Below, piece after piece: positions 12,301 to 24,110 of a DNA stretch of 64,000 nucleotides. The notes under the pieces were generated by a model. That model saw only the letters and a list, made by a program, of their open reading frames with translations. It was not told the DNA's origin and made no database searches. Source of the stretch: Heterodontus francisci (taxonomy: Eukaryota); assembly GCF_036365525.1 (NCBI RefSeq), contig NC_090399.1, positions 15,189,558 through 15,253,557 of the forward strand, written 5' to 3'. Every line of letters starts with the position of its first letter. The first letter of the stretch is position 1. Position numbers and translations under genes: made by a program.

Positions 12301-15300
12301 TATTTTGCATTCATGTTTGTCCTTCCAAAATGGACGACCTCACACTTTTCAGGGTTAAACTCCATCTGCCACTTTTCAGCCCAGCACTGCAACCTATCCA
12401 AGTCCCTTTGCAGACGACAATAGCCCTCCTCGGTATCCACAACTCCACCAACCTTTGTATCATCTGCAAATTTACTGACCCACCCTTCGACTTCCTCATC
12501 CAAGTCGTTAATAAAAATCACAAACAGGAGAGGACCCAGAACTGATCCCTGCGGCACGCCACTGGTAACTGGGCTCCAGGCTGAGTATTTACCATCTAAG
12601 ACCACTCTCTGCCTTCTATCAGTTAGCCAATTCTTAATCCAACTGGCCACATTCCCCACTATCCCATGCCTCCTGACTTTCTCCATAAGTCTACCATGGG
12701 GGACCTTATCAAATGCCTTACTAAAATCCATGTACACCACATCCACTGGTTTACCCTCATCCACTTGCTTGGTCACCTGCTCAAAGAATTCAATCAGGCT
12801 TGTGAGGCAAGACCTACCCCTCACAAAACCGTGCTGACTGTCCCGAATCAAGCAGTGTCTTTCCAGATGCTCAGAAATCCTATCCCTCAGCACCTTTTCC
12901 ATCAACTTGCCTACCACCGAAGTAAGACTAACTGGCCTGTAATTCCCAGGGTTGTTCCTATTCCCTTTCTTGAACAGGGGCACAACATTTGCCACCCTCC
13001 AATCACCTGGTACCACCCCCGTCAGCAGAGAAGATGAAAAGATCATTGCCAGCGGCTCTGCAATTTCATCCCTTGCTTCCCATAACATCCTTGGATATAC
13101 CCCGTCAGGCCCGGGAGACTTGTCTATCTTCAAGTTATTCAAAAACCCCAACACATCTTCCCTCCTAACGAGCACTTCCTCGAGCTTACCAGTCTGCTTC
13201 CCACCGTCCTCTTCAGTAATACACCCCTTCTCATTCGTAAATACCGAAGAGAAGTACTCATTCAAAACCTCACTTATCTCTTCCGGCTCAACACACAGTC
13301 TCCCGCTATTGTCCTTGACCGGACCTACGGTCCCCCTAGTCATCCTCATATTTCTGACATACGCGTAAAAGGCCTTGGGGTTTTCTTTTATCCTACCCGC
13401 CAAGCATTTTTCATGCCCTCTCTTAGCTCTCCTAATCCCTTTCTTCAGATCCTTCCTGGCCATCTTGTATCCCTCCAGAGCTATGCCTGTGCCCTTTTTC
13501 CTCAACTTTATATACGCATCCTTCTTCTTCCTAACAAGACTCTCAACCTCTCTTGTCAACCACGGTTCCCTCACATGACCATCCCTTCCCTGTCTGACAG
13601 GGACATGCTTATCAATGGCCCCTACTATCTGCTCCTTGAAAAAGTTCCACATTTCGACCGTGCCCTTCCCTGCCAGCATATGCTCCCAACTTATGCTCCT
13701 CAGTTCCTGCCTGACAGCATCATATCTACCCTTCCCCCAATTGTAAACCTTGCCCTGTTGCACATACCTATCCCTCTCCATTACCACAGTGAATGCTACA
13801 GAATTGTGATCACTATCTCCAAAGTGCTCGCCCACCAACAGCTCTATCACTTGCCCTGGTTCATTACCTAGTACCAAATCCAATATTGCCTCCCCTCTGG
13901 TCGGGCAGTCTACATACTGAGTCAGAAAAGCTTCCTGGACATACTGCACAAACACTACCCCATCCAAACTATTCGATCTAAAGAGTTGCCAATCAATATT
14001 TGGGAAGTTGAAATCCCCCATAATTACTACCCTGTGACTTCTGCTCCTTTCCAAAATCTGTTTCCCAATCTGTTCTTCCACCTCCCTGCTGCTATTGGGG
14101 GGCCTATAGAAAACTCCCATCAAGGTGACTGCTCCTTTCCTGTTCCTGACCTCAACCCACAGTGCCTCAGTCGGCAGATCCTCCTCGAAAATTCTTTCAG
14201 CAGTTGTCATTACGTCTGGTTTCATTTTACTGCAAATAATAAGAACTTCTCTTATTTTGCAAGAAAACATAAGGAACAGAGGGAAAACTTCACAAGAATA
14301 TTTAGGATATTGAAAATACGTAGAGAAAAGAGAAATGCCAAAGTTGGAGATAATGGTTGGCGAAACAAAGATCTGTATCTCTGCGAAACACGCTGGTCGC
14401 TGTTTAACTATTACGATTTCGCTATAATGTGGGATAATTGCTCTGGCCGCAATGAGGAGCCTTAATGTTCACCGGAACCATCTAACATTGCACATACCGA
14501 ACATCTCATCATCCAATAACTCTTACTTGTGTCGTTGGCTGTATATTAGCTGCTGCTGTGAAAATGAAAGGAGAGAGAATGTGGGAGAATTACACAATGC
14601 AACACATAATAGCGCGCGCATACATATTGTAGATTCTTTCATATCAAATGAATTTGAATAAAATAATTTGCCATCGTATTTTTTAGATTTAGTTTGTTTT
14701 CATTAACCAGCAATAATAATCAACGTAGAATACATCATGGGAAGGCAATTACAACTCACGTACCACATATTATACTGGTTCCACGCTGATTCCTGTAATA
14801 ACAGAGATGATATTTGAATTTAAAATTTATGCACATTATGTTCTGAATAATCATTAATTAGATAAGATTTGCCATTTCCTGTACCTTTTCAGCCTCACGA
14901 TAACTGAAAGAAAAATAAGGTAGGCGTTAATACAACTGTTTTAAGATAATGACTTCGTGATGCTGTTCCATATTAAAATATCGTAAAATTGACTTTTCGC
15001 ACACCGACACATGAATAGATAGACCGTGCAGTGATTCTGATCACTATGTGTGCCGGCATTATAATGAATAGATGGACATTTCCTCCGATCATTATTTCTA
15101 ATGAGGTCCTAAGTGTGTTCTAAAATAATTGTTCATTCTAAACGCGTTTCCGATTACACTAGAAATGCTGACTGGCTCAAGAAAAGAATTAACTATATTG
15201 CTCATCGTAGCGGCCAGAGCAATTTTCTCGCTTTATAGCGAAAGCGTAATAGTTAAACAGGGGCCAGCGTGTTTCACGGAGATACAGACCTTTGTTTTGC

Positions 15301-18300
15301 CAAATCAGTCGAAATGCAAGAATTGTTGTGGTTATACACAGCAGCATCAACGCACGTTCCAGTAGGAGTATCAAGTTAATATTCTTGCTTTTTCCTCCCT
15401 GCATTCTTCCTGAAATAAGGAGTTGAAGTCAGTATTTTAAAATCTTACTTATTTATTGATACAGCACTGAAACAGTCCCTTCGGCCCTCCGAGTCTGTGC
15501 TGACCAACAACCACCCATTTATACTAATCCTACATTAACCCCACATTCTCTACCATTCTCCGACCACCTCTTGGGGCAATTTACAAAGGCCAATTTACCT
15601 ATCAACCTGCAAGTCTTTAGCTGTCGGCGGAAACCGGAGCACACGGTGGAAACCCATGCGGTCAAAGGGAGAGCTTGCAAACTCCACACAGGCAGTACCC
15701 ATAACCGAACCCGGGTCGCTGGAGCTATGAGGCTGCGGTGCTAATCACTGCGCCGCCCCATTTTGAGGATCCGCCGCTACTTTAGTGTAGGAAACGCGGC
15801 AGCCAAGTTGTGTACAGCAAGATTCCTCAAACAGCGATGTGAAGTGACAAGATCTTCTTTTTCGTGATGTTGATTGAGTGATAAATATTGGCCAGGACAC
15901 CGAGGATACCTTTCCTGCATTTCGTCGAGATAGCGTCATGGGATATTTTACATCCAGTTGAGTCTGCAAACGGTGTCTTGGTTTAAGGCTTCATCCAAAA
16001 CCTCCGGTACTGCAGCACTCCCTGCATACTGCACTGGGGACCACTTTGGGCTCCAGACTCTGGGGTGGGACCGTTATAACCAAAATATTAAAATGGAAAG
16101 AGGATAATTCCTACTCTACCGCGCTAGTATTAGCGCTTCAGCGATAATATAAGCAATATGGAGAACCACCCCCTACACCCCCACCACCCCCCCCCCCCCC
16201 CACCCCCAGCTCTATTACATTTCTGCATGTTCTGCTTAAAAGATTGACTCTTCATGAATTCTGGCGTCACTGGTAGCTCCCAAATGACAATTGTTTAACA
16301 TTGAGCCCAGTGGGTAAGAGTGGGCACTTGACGCAGCATCACAACCCAGCCCAGCCTGGTGGAAATGGACATTGGCCGGGACGCGGCACAAGAGTCATTG
16401 CATCCGTAGCCTGTTGTACACATGCGGTTTTCGGTTCCATTGACTTCAATGGGACTTCAATTATATTGACTTCAATAAAACAGAAAATGCGACGTGTTGT
16501 ATAACGAGCTGCATATGGGATTCACTGTGATTACTCTTGGATGCCACTTACGCCTCACTTCCAGTTTGGTGCCATTTCCATCTCTCACACCGGTTTCCGT
16601 TAAGCTTACACGACAGTAATAGGTGTCTGCGTCTTTCTCAGTCAAGTCGGAGATATTGATGAATATTCTGTTGTTGGTAAATGAATCACTGCCCGATTTT
16701 TCCAGCCGACCTTCATAAAATGGACTCTTGTCCAGTTTGTACCCATCCGGTTTACCCCGTGTCCAGTGAGCTGTGCCGATCAGGGTTACGTTTCCTTCAA
16801 AGTCCAGAGCACAGTTTAGTGTCACCGACTCCCCCTCAGCTGAAGTTAGAAAGGGAGGGAACTGGAAAACGGTGACATTCATCTTCCCACATGCTGAATG
16901 GAAACACTTTAACTTTAAAGGTGATAAGTAGTAAACGTCATTCCTCTTTAACAATTTTCGTTGGTGAAATTAATTGTCGTTTTACATTATATAGATACAG
17001 AGATCAAAAGCAAATAGCGGACATTTAAAAAGTCACACACAGAAAGTGCTGCAAATATCTATCAAATCAATCAGACTCTGAAAAAGGACAGGTTAACGTT
17101 TGGTTGTGTTGCTCCGCCCAATTGCCTTCTCTGCTGAAAAAAGAGCAAACTAATAAAATTCAATTGTAAGTCAATTACATGTGATATTGAATTCTATCAA
17201 ATTCATATTTCCGTTATCCTCGTTCATTCATTTTCTAATTCCATTTATTTTATACCAATGTGGGACAATATAGAACTTGTTTGACATTTCACCTTAGGCT
17301 TTCCTCATTTTACAAGGTACTACAGCAACATTTGTAAAATGGTGCAAATTTGAAAGAAGATCTGAACACATAGGCAGCCACTTATTTGGTTCTGCCCATA
17401 GTAGCATGTACATCTCGTGAAATCAGACGAGTAAAAAGGTCGTAAATGTTGCTTCCATGTATTGGCGGAAGGAAGTTGTTACGCTGACCCTCTGTCCTTT
17501 ATATCAATTAAGGTGATAACCCATTTATGTCGAACATGTGAATGTTTTCCCTGAAATTGAAGACAGATGCGAACACCATGTGAGCATGTGATCCCTCTCC
17601 TTACATTGTACTTATTGATGCAGCCACGTCTCACTCCACATGCGCGGATCACTGAAAGCTGGTGGACAGGGACACGCGGTAATGAAAGAGGTTAATGGAA
17701 TATTAGCCTTTATCTCAAGGAGACTGAGATAGAAAGGGAAGGATGTTATGATTCAGTTGTACAGAATCTTGCTCAGTCCTCATCTGGAGTAATTCTGGCT
17801 ATCAGGCATCAGGAAGGATGTGTTGGCCTTGAAGGTTGTGCAGCACAGATTCACTAAAATGATACTTGGGCTGTGAGGATTAAATTATATGGGGAGATTG
17901 TTTAAACGTGTCTTCCATTCCATTGACTTTAGATTATTGAGGATAGAGATGACGGAGCAGTTTAAAACGTTAAAAAGAACACAAGGGGGCAGATGCAGAG
18001 AAACTATTTCCTCTGGTGGGAGAATCTAGAACAAGGGGTATGATATTAAAATTAGAGCTAAGCCATTAAGGAGGTAAATCGGGAAGCTCTTTTTTACAGG
18101 TCATCTTTTAATTGCCGGTGGGATGATTTCCTCCGCTTTCTAAAATTTGAGAAAAAAAATGCAGCATGTGTTGCAAAGCTTAATGCTTCTGACAGAAAGG
18201 TCTATGTCAATAACTATGTTTCATCAGAAATTCCAATGCGGGAAAAATCGCACTATATTTGCGAAATCGGTACCCAGTTGGAGAGCGGAAATAATCCCCA

Positions 18301-19856
18301 GTGGACCCAAACAATGTATGAGGAAAATCTCAGAACACTAGGGGCGTAATTTTAGCTTCTGGCTATAATGGGACACAAGGGATGTTAAATTAGCTGCCCA
18401 TTATACACCTCACATATGTACACAAAATTAAAATAATAATAATGGTGTATTATTTCTTGTAGCTCATATTCCGACTCCGACTGGGTGCATGAAAGCGGAA
18501 ATTTCCCTGCACGCCCGCGCCTTCCAGTAAGTCAAAGTCAATAAACCAAATGCATGAGATGCAGCGAATGGGCGAGTTGGACATGGGGACACAGAAAGAA
18601 TGTGGACACTCCTTGCGAGTCCAATAGGGAGCGGGAAAGACAAATGTAGAAATGAACAGTGAGATACTGTAAGGAATCGAAGGATATACTGAGAAGTCAA
18701 TGAGAGAATGTGGTTGAATATCAGAGAGTGGCATTGAAAATGGGACAACAGAAGAGAAACAAAAAGGCAAGAAGGACAGGGCCAGAAAAACATAGGGTGA
18801 AAAGAAGGGGACAAGCAGTGGGACAGCTATAGGATTTAATACTGCTATATTGCTTTAATTTTGGGTATGAACAACGCGTAAGAAGAACTGCTTGTTCTGA
18901 CACTGGGAAGAGACCATTACTTACATGCAGTACAACTGGATTGGTAGAAAGATCCTACCTTCGTCAGAACATGTTGTGGAACACTTAAAGGAAAAGGCTC
19001 ACAAGGGGATGTTCACTGATGATTGCACAGTGTTGAATTCCATTGGAAATTCCTCAGATAATGAAGCAATCCGTGCGCGCGTGCAGCAAGACCTGGACAA
19101 CATCCAGGTTTGGACCAACAATTGCAAATAGCACAATTGCCAGCGAAGCTCACATACCGTGACTGAATTAAAACAAACGATTATGCGTTTATAAATAAAA
19201 AAAAACAATGAATTTGTATAGCGCCCCCATCACACCGTCGAATTATATAGAAGTATTTCATAATTACTTTTTGGAGTACAGCCGCTGCTGCTATGAAATC
19301 AAATGCAACAATCAATTTCTGTCAGTAACATCCCACAATTGGCTGGAATCGAACGAAGAGTTTCTCCTGGAATTTCTGCGGCTGGCTCGCTTCATCACCA
19401 GCCGTAACTTCGGCGGAAGATCGGTTAAAGGAAACAACAGCCGATCCTCCACCACGTTACACGCGAGTTCGAGAGAATCTCGTGGAAATTCTACATTTGT
19501 GTTCAAGTCTCGAACACACTATAATCCTGTTTAGAGGAACCTGGTCTAATTGCTCAGCACAGTGACATCACTATTTCGTAGTTAATGCGCCAACTTTCTG
19601 GAAGCTGCAGAAAAGATTGTTAACAGTTGGTACCCGTTTGCGTTTTTATGACTATTTCAAACAGCAAAGTTATCAATTAGAAGCTGGAAGTGTTTTCTTA
19701 AAAGCAAGTCTAGTTTCTGCGAAGGTTACAATTTAAATTCGACACTGTTCTCTACGCTATCGAAATTCTCCATAAGCGGCAAAAATCAATTAACTCACCC
19801 GTGCATATTGCAAAGAAACTCAACAGCATTAAAGTGAGCTGTTGACTTAATAGCAT
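9192..19856 (-). CDS. NCR3: Gene A: NKp30/NCR3-like single VJ-IgSF type I membrane receptor, about 237 aa; predicted join 19799-19856,16552-16893,15290-15409,14885-14903,14764-14792,14527-14555,9192-9308. Family-level call, not proven ortholog
   Basis: All exons bounded by AG/GT; phases chain 1,1,1,2,1,0 to a stop (714 nt). The V domain aligns by eye to human NKp30 (IGxxxWxR, GRL, DxxxYxCRV, GNGTxLxV). Exons 1-5 and 7 have paralogous counterparts in gene B. Confidence 0.75.
9540..10900. mobile_element. Decayed L2-like fragment with nested family-B 3' end (about 9985-10330)
   Basis: Purine-rich L2-like sequence; same nesting at 54170-55560. Confidence 0.55.
11547..14203 (-). mobile_element. 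Young 5'-truncated CR1 (HER1-like) LINE with uninterrupted ORF2 (APE C-terminal part plus RT) and (TATGTTC)6 tail
   Basis: ORF 11667..14270 with GDFNFP, SDHN, PQGSVLGP and FADD; empty site in paralog at about 56165. Confidence 0.97.
14361..14460 (+). repeat. Inverted copy of 15200-15299 (end of TM exon, donor and intron)
   Basis: About 86/100 identity to the reverse complement; absent at the paralogous site near 56335. Confidence 0.9.
14527..14555 (-). CDS. Gene A cytoplasmic micro-exon 6 (29 nt, AAANIQPTTQ) with tandem CAG acceptors
   Basis: Long pyrimidine tract plus cagcagcag, donor CAA|gtaaga; ends in phase 0, matching the terminal exon. Confidence 0.55.
14764..14792 (-). CDS. Gene A cytoplasmic micro-exon 5 (29 nt, NQRGTSIIC)
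   Basis: ttattacag acceptor; TG|gtac donor conserved in paralog 56844-56872. Confidence 0.55.
14885..14903 (-). CDS. Gene A cytoplasmic micro-exon 4 (19 nt, VIVRLKR)
   Basis: tttttctttcag acceptor, AAG|gtacag donor; needed for the frame chain. Confidence 0.6.
15290..15409 (-). CDS. Gene A exon 3, stalk plus TM with charged residues (LILLLERALMLLCITTTILAF)
   Basis: Acceptor ttatttcag, donor AAG|gtctgt, 120 nt, phase 1-1; paralog at 57361-57480. Confidence 0.85.
15455..15760 (-). mobile_element. tRNA-derived HE1-like (V-SINE) element
   Basis: A/B-box-like head gcagtgattagcac...gggttcg; V-domain-like core; CR1-type 3' tail; absent from paralog. Confidence 0.75.
15785..16080 (-). mobile_element. 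Deu-domain (SacSINE1-like) SINE; paralog at 57560-57960
   Basis: gcagccaa..cagcaag..cacaaacagc core, also at 20430-20760, 26700-27060 and 38290-38690. Confidence 0.65.
16552..16893 (-). CDS. Gene A exon 2, VJ-type Ig V-set domain (NKp30-like)
   Basis: Within ORF 16472..16954. B-strand Cys (VTLNC), C-strand Trp (AHWTR), DADTYYC and J-like GNGTKLEV in one 342-nt phase 1-1 exon; acceptor ttccattcag, donor C|gtaagt. Confidence 0.95.
17640..18100 (+). mobile_element. Decayed CR1 fragment shared with paralog at about 60040-60425
   Basis: Similar to CR1 3' coding region. Confidence 0.7.
19799..19856 (-). CDS. Gene A exon 1, signal peptide MLLSQQLTLMLLSFFAICT
   Basis: ATG at 19856, hydrophobic 19-mer, phase-1 donor G|gtgagt; conserved at 61641-61698. 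Confidence 0.85.
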
Positions 19857-20429
19857 CTTCTATGTATTTGTGGAGAGGTTGGAGGTGCTGAGCCCAGGGA
19901 CCAGCAACGTTAGCAAGGTGATCAGAGTATTTAGCACCAACCCACAAAGAGTGTGAATGGAATTATTTGCGGTCTCTTGTTGACGATACAGGATACACGT
20001 ACACTTTACTGCTCCGTAGGATTCTAGGCTTTCGAGCAGATTTTTTTCAAACTTCGGGAATTGTGTAAGAATGCAGCGTTGATGCTGTTTGATAAGCACA
20101 CAGCATAAGAAATACAGCATTAAACGCATCGATATTATCAATTAGCAATGCGCGGTTTGATGTTCAGACTGTAGATTTCATGTCCCCCAAGCTGTATATT
20201 GTTCAGTGACTATGGTCTTGAAGTTGAATAAAGGAGTCGAAAGCAGCGACTAGTTAGATTACAGATGTGACCCAAAGTTTCCTCTCGGCTTATCGTGGAT
20301 CCATGATTTCAGAGACAAAGTTACCAAGGTAATGCTAATGCTTTTCTACTGGGGCCAGCTACCCCCACGTATCAGCTGTTAAAAGCCAGACAGCAACCCA
20401 ACTCCTGCACAGGTTTGCAGAACCTTGGG

Positions 20430-21160
20430 AATTGTGTCAGCATCCTTGCCTCTAAATCAGGAGGTTGTGAGTTCCTTCCTCAGCAGAGCTCAGAACAAAA
20501 ATCTAGGCTGATGTTAAAGGAGAGCGGCACTGTCCGAGGTGCTGTCTTTCCGAGAACAGTTAAACCGAGACCTCGCCTGCTCCTCCTCAGGTGGACGTAA
20601 ACGATCCTCCGGCTCTAACCAATATTTATCCTCAATCACAAACAGCTTACCTGGTCATTATTACATTACTGTTTGCGAAACCTTACTGAGCTCAAATTGT
20701 TGATCCCTGCATTTCAAAAAGTGCTTCATGAGCTGTAAAGCACTGTGGAACATCGTAAGAGGCGAATCTTTTTGTCTTACGAGGAAAATTGGACAGACTA
20801 GGCTTGTATCCGTTGGAATTTAGAGGAGTAAGAAGTGACTTGATTGTAACATATAAGATCCTGAGGGGTCTTGACAGGGTGGATGTGGAAAGGATGTTTT
20901 CCCTTGTGGGAGAATCTAGAACTCGGGGTCACTGTTTAAAAATAAGGGGTCGCCCATTTAAGACAGAGATGACGAGAATTGTTTTTCCCTCAAAGGGTCG
21001 TGAGTCTTTGAAATTCTCTTCCTCAAAAGGCGGTGGAAGCAGAGTGTATGAATATTTTTAAGGCAGAGGTAGATAGATTCTTGATAAGCAAGGGCGTGAA
21101 AAGTTATCGGGGTAGGTGAAAATGTGGAGTAACCAGTTCAGCCAGGAACTTATTGAATGC
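20430..21160 (+). mobile_element. Deu-type SINE (20430-20760) followed by CR1 3' fragment (20775-21160)
   Basis: DRLGLYPLEFR, ESRTRGH motifs. Confidence 0.75.
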
Positions 21161-22555
21161 CCGAGATTTGGCGAACAATTTGCTGGTCAACTTTCCTTCA
21201 TAATCGCTGGAAGTCAGCTCAGCTCCAAGTATTGAGGTAGCAGGCGCCGACACCTGGGCGCTAATCTGCCCTTTGTTGAATCTGCCCCATTTTCAGACAA
21301 GTTCCACAACGGGTAAGTGATCCGTACCGCCAAGTTACTACCTAGTCGGTGAAGGTGAAAACAAGCCTTTGCTTCAACTTTGCCAAAAACTTCCATTGAC
21401 ATTTTTCTCCCATCCAATGTACATAAATAAATGGCGCAGGGAGGTAGCTACAAGTAATTGTAAAGGTAGAGAGAGGCAAACATATTTAGATAAACATTAT
21501 GTTGATCAGTTTGGGAGAAAACGTGGAAAATGCAATAAAGCTACTATTCTCAGTGGAGTAGGAGAGGAGAAAAGCGACTTAGAAATAAAGATGCACTTTT
21601 TTGTAAGGTCGGATTCCTGGCTTTTCATATACTGAATAAAAACAAGATATTGTTTAGGAAACAGAGGATTGAATGCAATGTTGTATATAACTTTGGAGAA
21701 AGAGTTCTGGAGCTAAACTGAACTTGCATCTCGGATTAATGGGAATATATATAAGGAATGATATGATGTAGTCACAAGGTGAGATTTAAGGCGACCTGCA
21801 GTTACTGGGGTAAACAATATTAAGGGGATCTTAAGAGCATGGAGAAGGCTTTTTCTGGAAAAGGGCTATTGAGATGTGGAATGAGCTACTAAAAGTACTT
21901 TTTGAAGCAAACCAATGCCAATATTTAGGATAAATATTTTGTGTGCTTGAAGAAAGAAGGAAAATGAAAGAAACAGCATGCAGTTAGAGAGAGTCATATT
22001 AGCTTTTTCTTAAGACATTACAAATTTACTGATTCACAATCAATTAATTATTTTTTGAAGTACAATCATTTTTGTTATGAATTTCCATAAAGCAAGACCC
22101 CATAAATGGGATGAATACGCATTTGATGTTATATGGAGTTGAAAATGTTGGTTCAGAGATTAATATTGGCCGGAACAGTGGAAGAACTCTACGTTCTGAG
22201 TTATGTTACTTTCACCCGAAGTGGAAGATTAGGTCTAGGTTTAATGACTGATTTGAAGGGCTTCACCTCTCGCAATGCAACACTTCGCTGAAGTGTCCTC
22301 GTGAATTATGGGTTTAACTCCTGCATAGGCTTTAAGTGTGCTACTAATGAAGACGAAGAGACATTATGAATGGATACAGATCAATAGGATTAGAAGATAG
22401 CTGTAATGAGGAGCTTCCACTGGCGCAGGCAAAGTAAGCGAAATTACCAAATTTTCCATCGAATTTCTACAATTCTATGGAAACAAACAAGTTCAATAGA
22501 TTATCTTTTTCTGACAATTATTTTTCTTTATTCGTTCGGACTATATCATATTTCT

Positions 22556-22582
22556 TATATATATATATATATATATATATAT
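22556..22582. repeat. (TA)n microsatellite
   Basis: Direct. Confidence 0.95.
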
Positions 22583-22584
22583 AC

Positions 22585-24110
22585 GGATATGGGCGTCGCT
22601 GGCAAGGCCAGCATTTATTGTCCATCCCTAATTGATCTTGAAACATTGGTGATGAGCCGCCTTCTTGAACCGCTGCAGTCCTTGGGGTGTAGGTACACCA
22701 ACAGTGCTGTTAGGAAGGCAGTTCCAGGATGTTGACCCAGCGACAGCGAAGAAATGGCGTTACAGTTCCAAGTCAGGATCATGTGTGGCTTGGACGGGAA
22801 CTTGCAGGTGATGGTGTTCTCATGCATCTACTGCCCTTGTTCTTCTAGGTGGTGGAGGCACTTATTCAGCCATAACCTGCTCACTGACACTGAGTTTCGG
22901 TTCCGCAAGTCTACTCAGCTCTTGACCTCATTACAGCCTTGGTCCAAACATGGACAAAAGAGCTGAACTCAAGAGGTGAGGAGAAAGTGCACTTGTCATG
23001 AAGGCATCATTTGACCGAATGTGGCATCAAGGATCTCTAGAAAACTACAGTCAATGAGAATCAGGGGAAAACTATCCACTGGTTGAAGTCACACCTAGCA
23101 CAAAGGAAGATGGTCCTGGTTGTTGGAGGTCAATCATCTCAGTCCCAGGACATCACTGCAGGGGTTCCTTAGGGTAGTGTCCTAGGCCCAACCGTTTTCA
23201 GGTGCTTCATGATAAGGTCAGAAGTGGGGATGTTCGCTGACGATTGCATAATGTTCAGCACCTTTTGTGACTCCTCAGATACTGAAGCAGTCCCTGTCCA
23301 TATGCGGCAAGACCTGGACAACATTCAAGCTTGGGCTGATAAGTGGCCAGTTACATTCTTGCCACACAAGTGCCAAGCAATGACCATCTCCAACAAGAGT
23401 GAAAATCCAACCATCTCCACTTGACATTCAATGGCTTAATGGTCGTTGAATTCCCCAGTATCAACAACCTAGGCGTTACCATTGACCAAAAATATAACTA
23501 CTGTGGCTACAAGAGCAGGTCAGCGGCTTGTAATTCTGCGGCGGGTAACTCATCTCCTGGCTGCTCAAAGCCTGTCCACCATCTACAAGGCACAAGTCAG
23601 GAGTGTGGTGGAATACTCTCCACTTGCCTGCAACTCCAACAACACTCAAGAAGCTCAAAACCATCTAGGACAAAGCAGCACGCTTGATCAGCACCCCTTC
23701 CACCACTTTCAACGTTCACTCCCTTCAGCACTGGCATATAATGGCAGCAGTGTGTACCATCTACAAGATGCACTATAGCAACTCACCAAGGCTCATTTGA
23801 CAGCGCCTTCCAAACCCGCCACCGTTTCCACCTAGAAGGGCAAGTACAGCAAACACATGGGAATACCACCACCTGCTAGTACTCTTCCGAGCCACATACC
23901 ATCCTGACTTCGAACTATATCACCGTTCCTGCACTGTTGCTGGGTCAAAATCCTGGAACTCCCTTCCTAACAGCACTATGGATGTACCGACACCACATGG
24001 ACTTCAGCGGTTCAAGAAGGTGCTCATCACCATCTTCTTAAGGGCAATTAACGGTGGACAATAAATGCTGGCCTAGCCAGCGACGCCCACATCCCATGAA
24101 AGAATAAAAA
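22585..24110. mobile_element. Family-B LINE pieces: minus-strand 3' end (22585-22858) abutting a plus-strand RT-to-tail fragment (22860-24110)
   Basis: MFADDC RT motif; both ends carry the family tail. Confidence 0.8.

Larger units (their letters stand above)
6880..20700 (+). repeat. Segmental duplication copy 1 (paralogous to about 46240-62580)
   Basis: Colinear unique and old-TE blocks, e.g. 8450-9500 vs 50180-51200, 9540-11546 vs 54170-56165, 16545-20700 vs 58900-62580. Confidence 0.9.

Noticed and set aside
11667-14270. 867-aa ORF as a host gene
   Set aside because: It is CR1 ORF2 of a 5'-truncated insertion; its first residues come from flanking DNA
15700-15760. tRNA-like A/B boxes
   Set aside because: Head of a SINE, not a cloverleaf tRNA gene
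16490-16529. CACAGTG heptamer 22 nt downstream of gene A's V exon, suggesting an RSS and a rearranging Ig/TCR V segment
   Set aside because: No good nonamer at 12 or 23 spacing. It is intronic, not conserved in B, and the exon already contains its J-like G strand and a splice donor.
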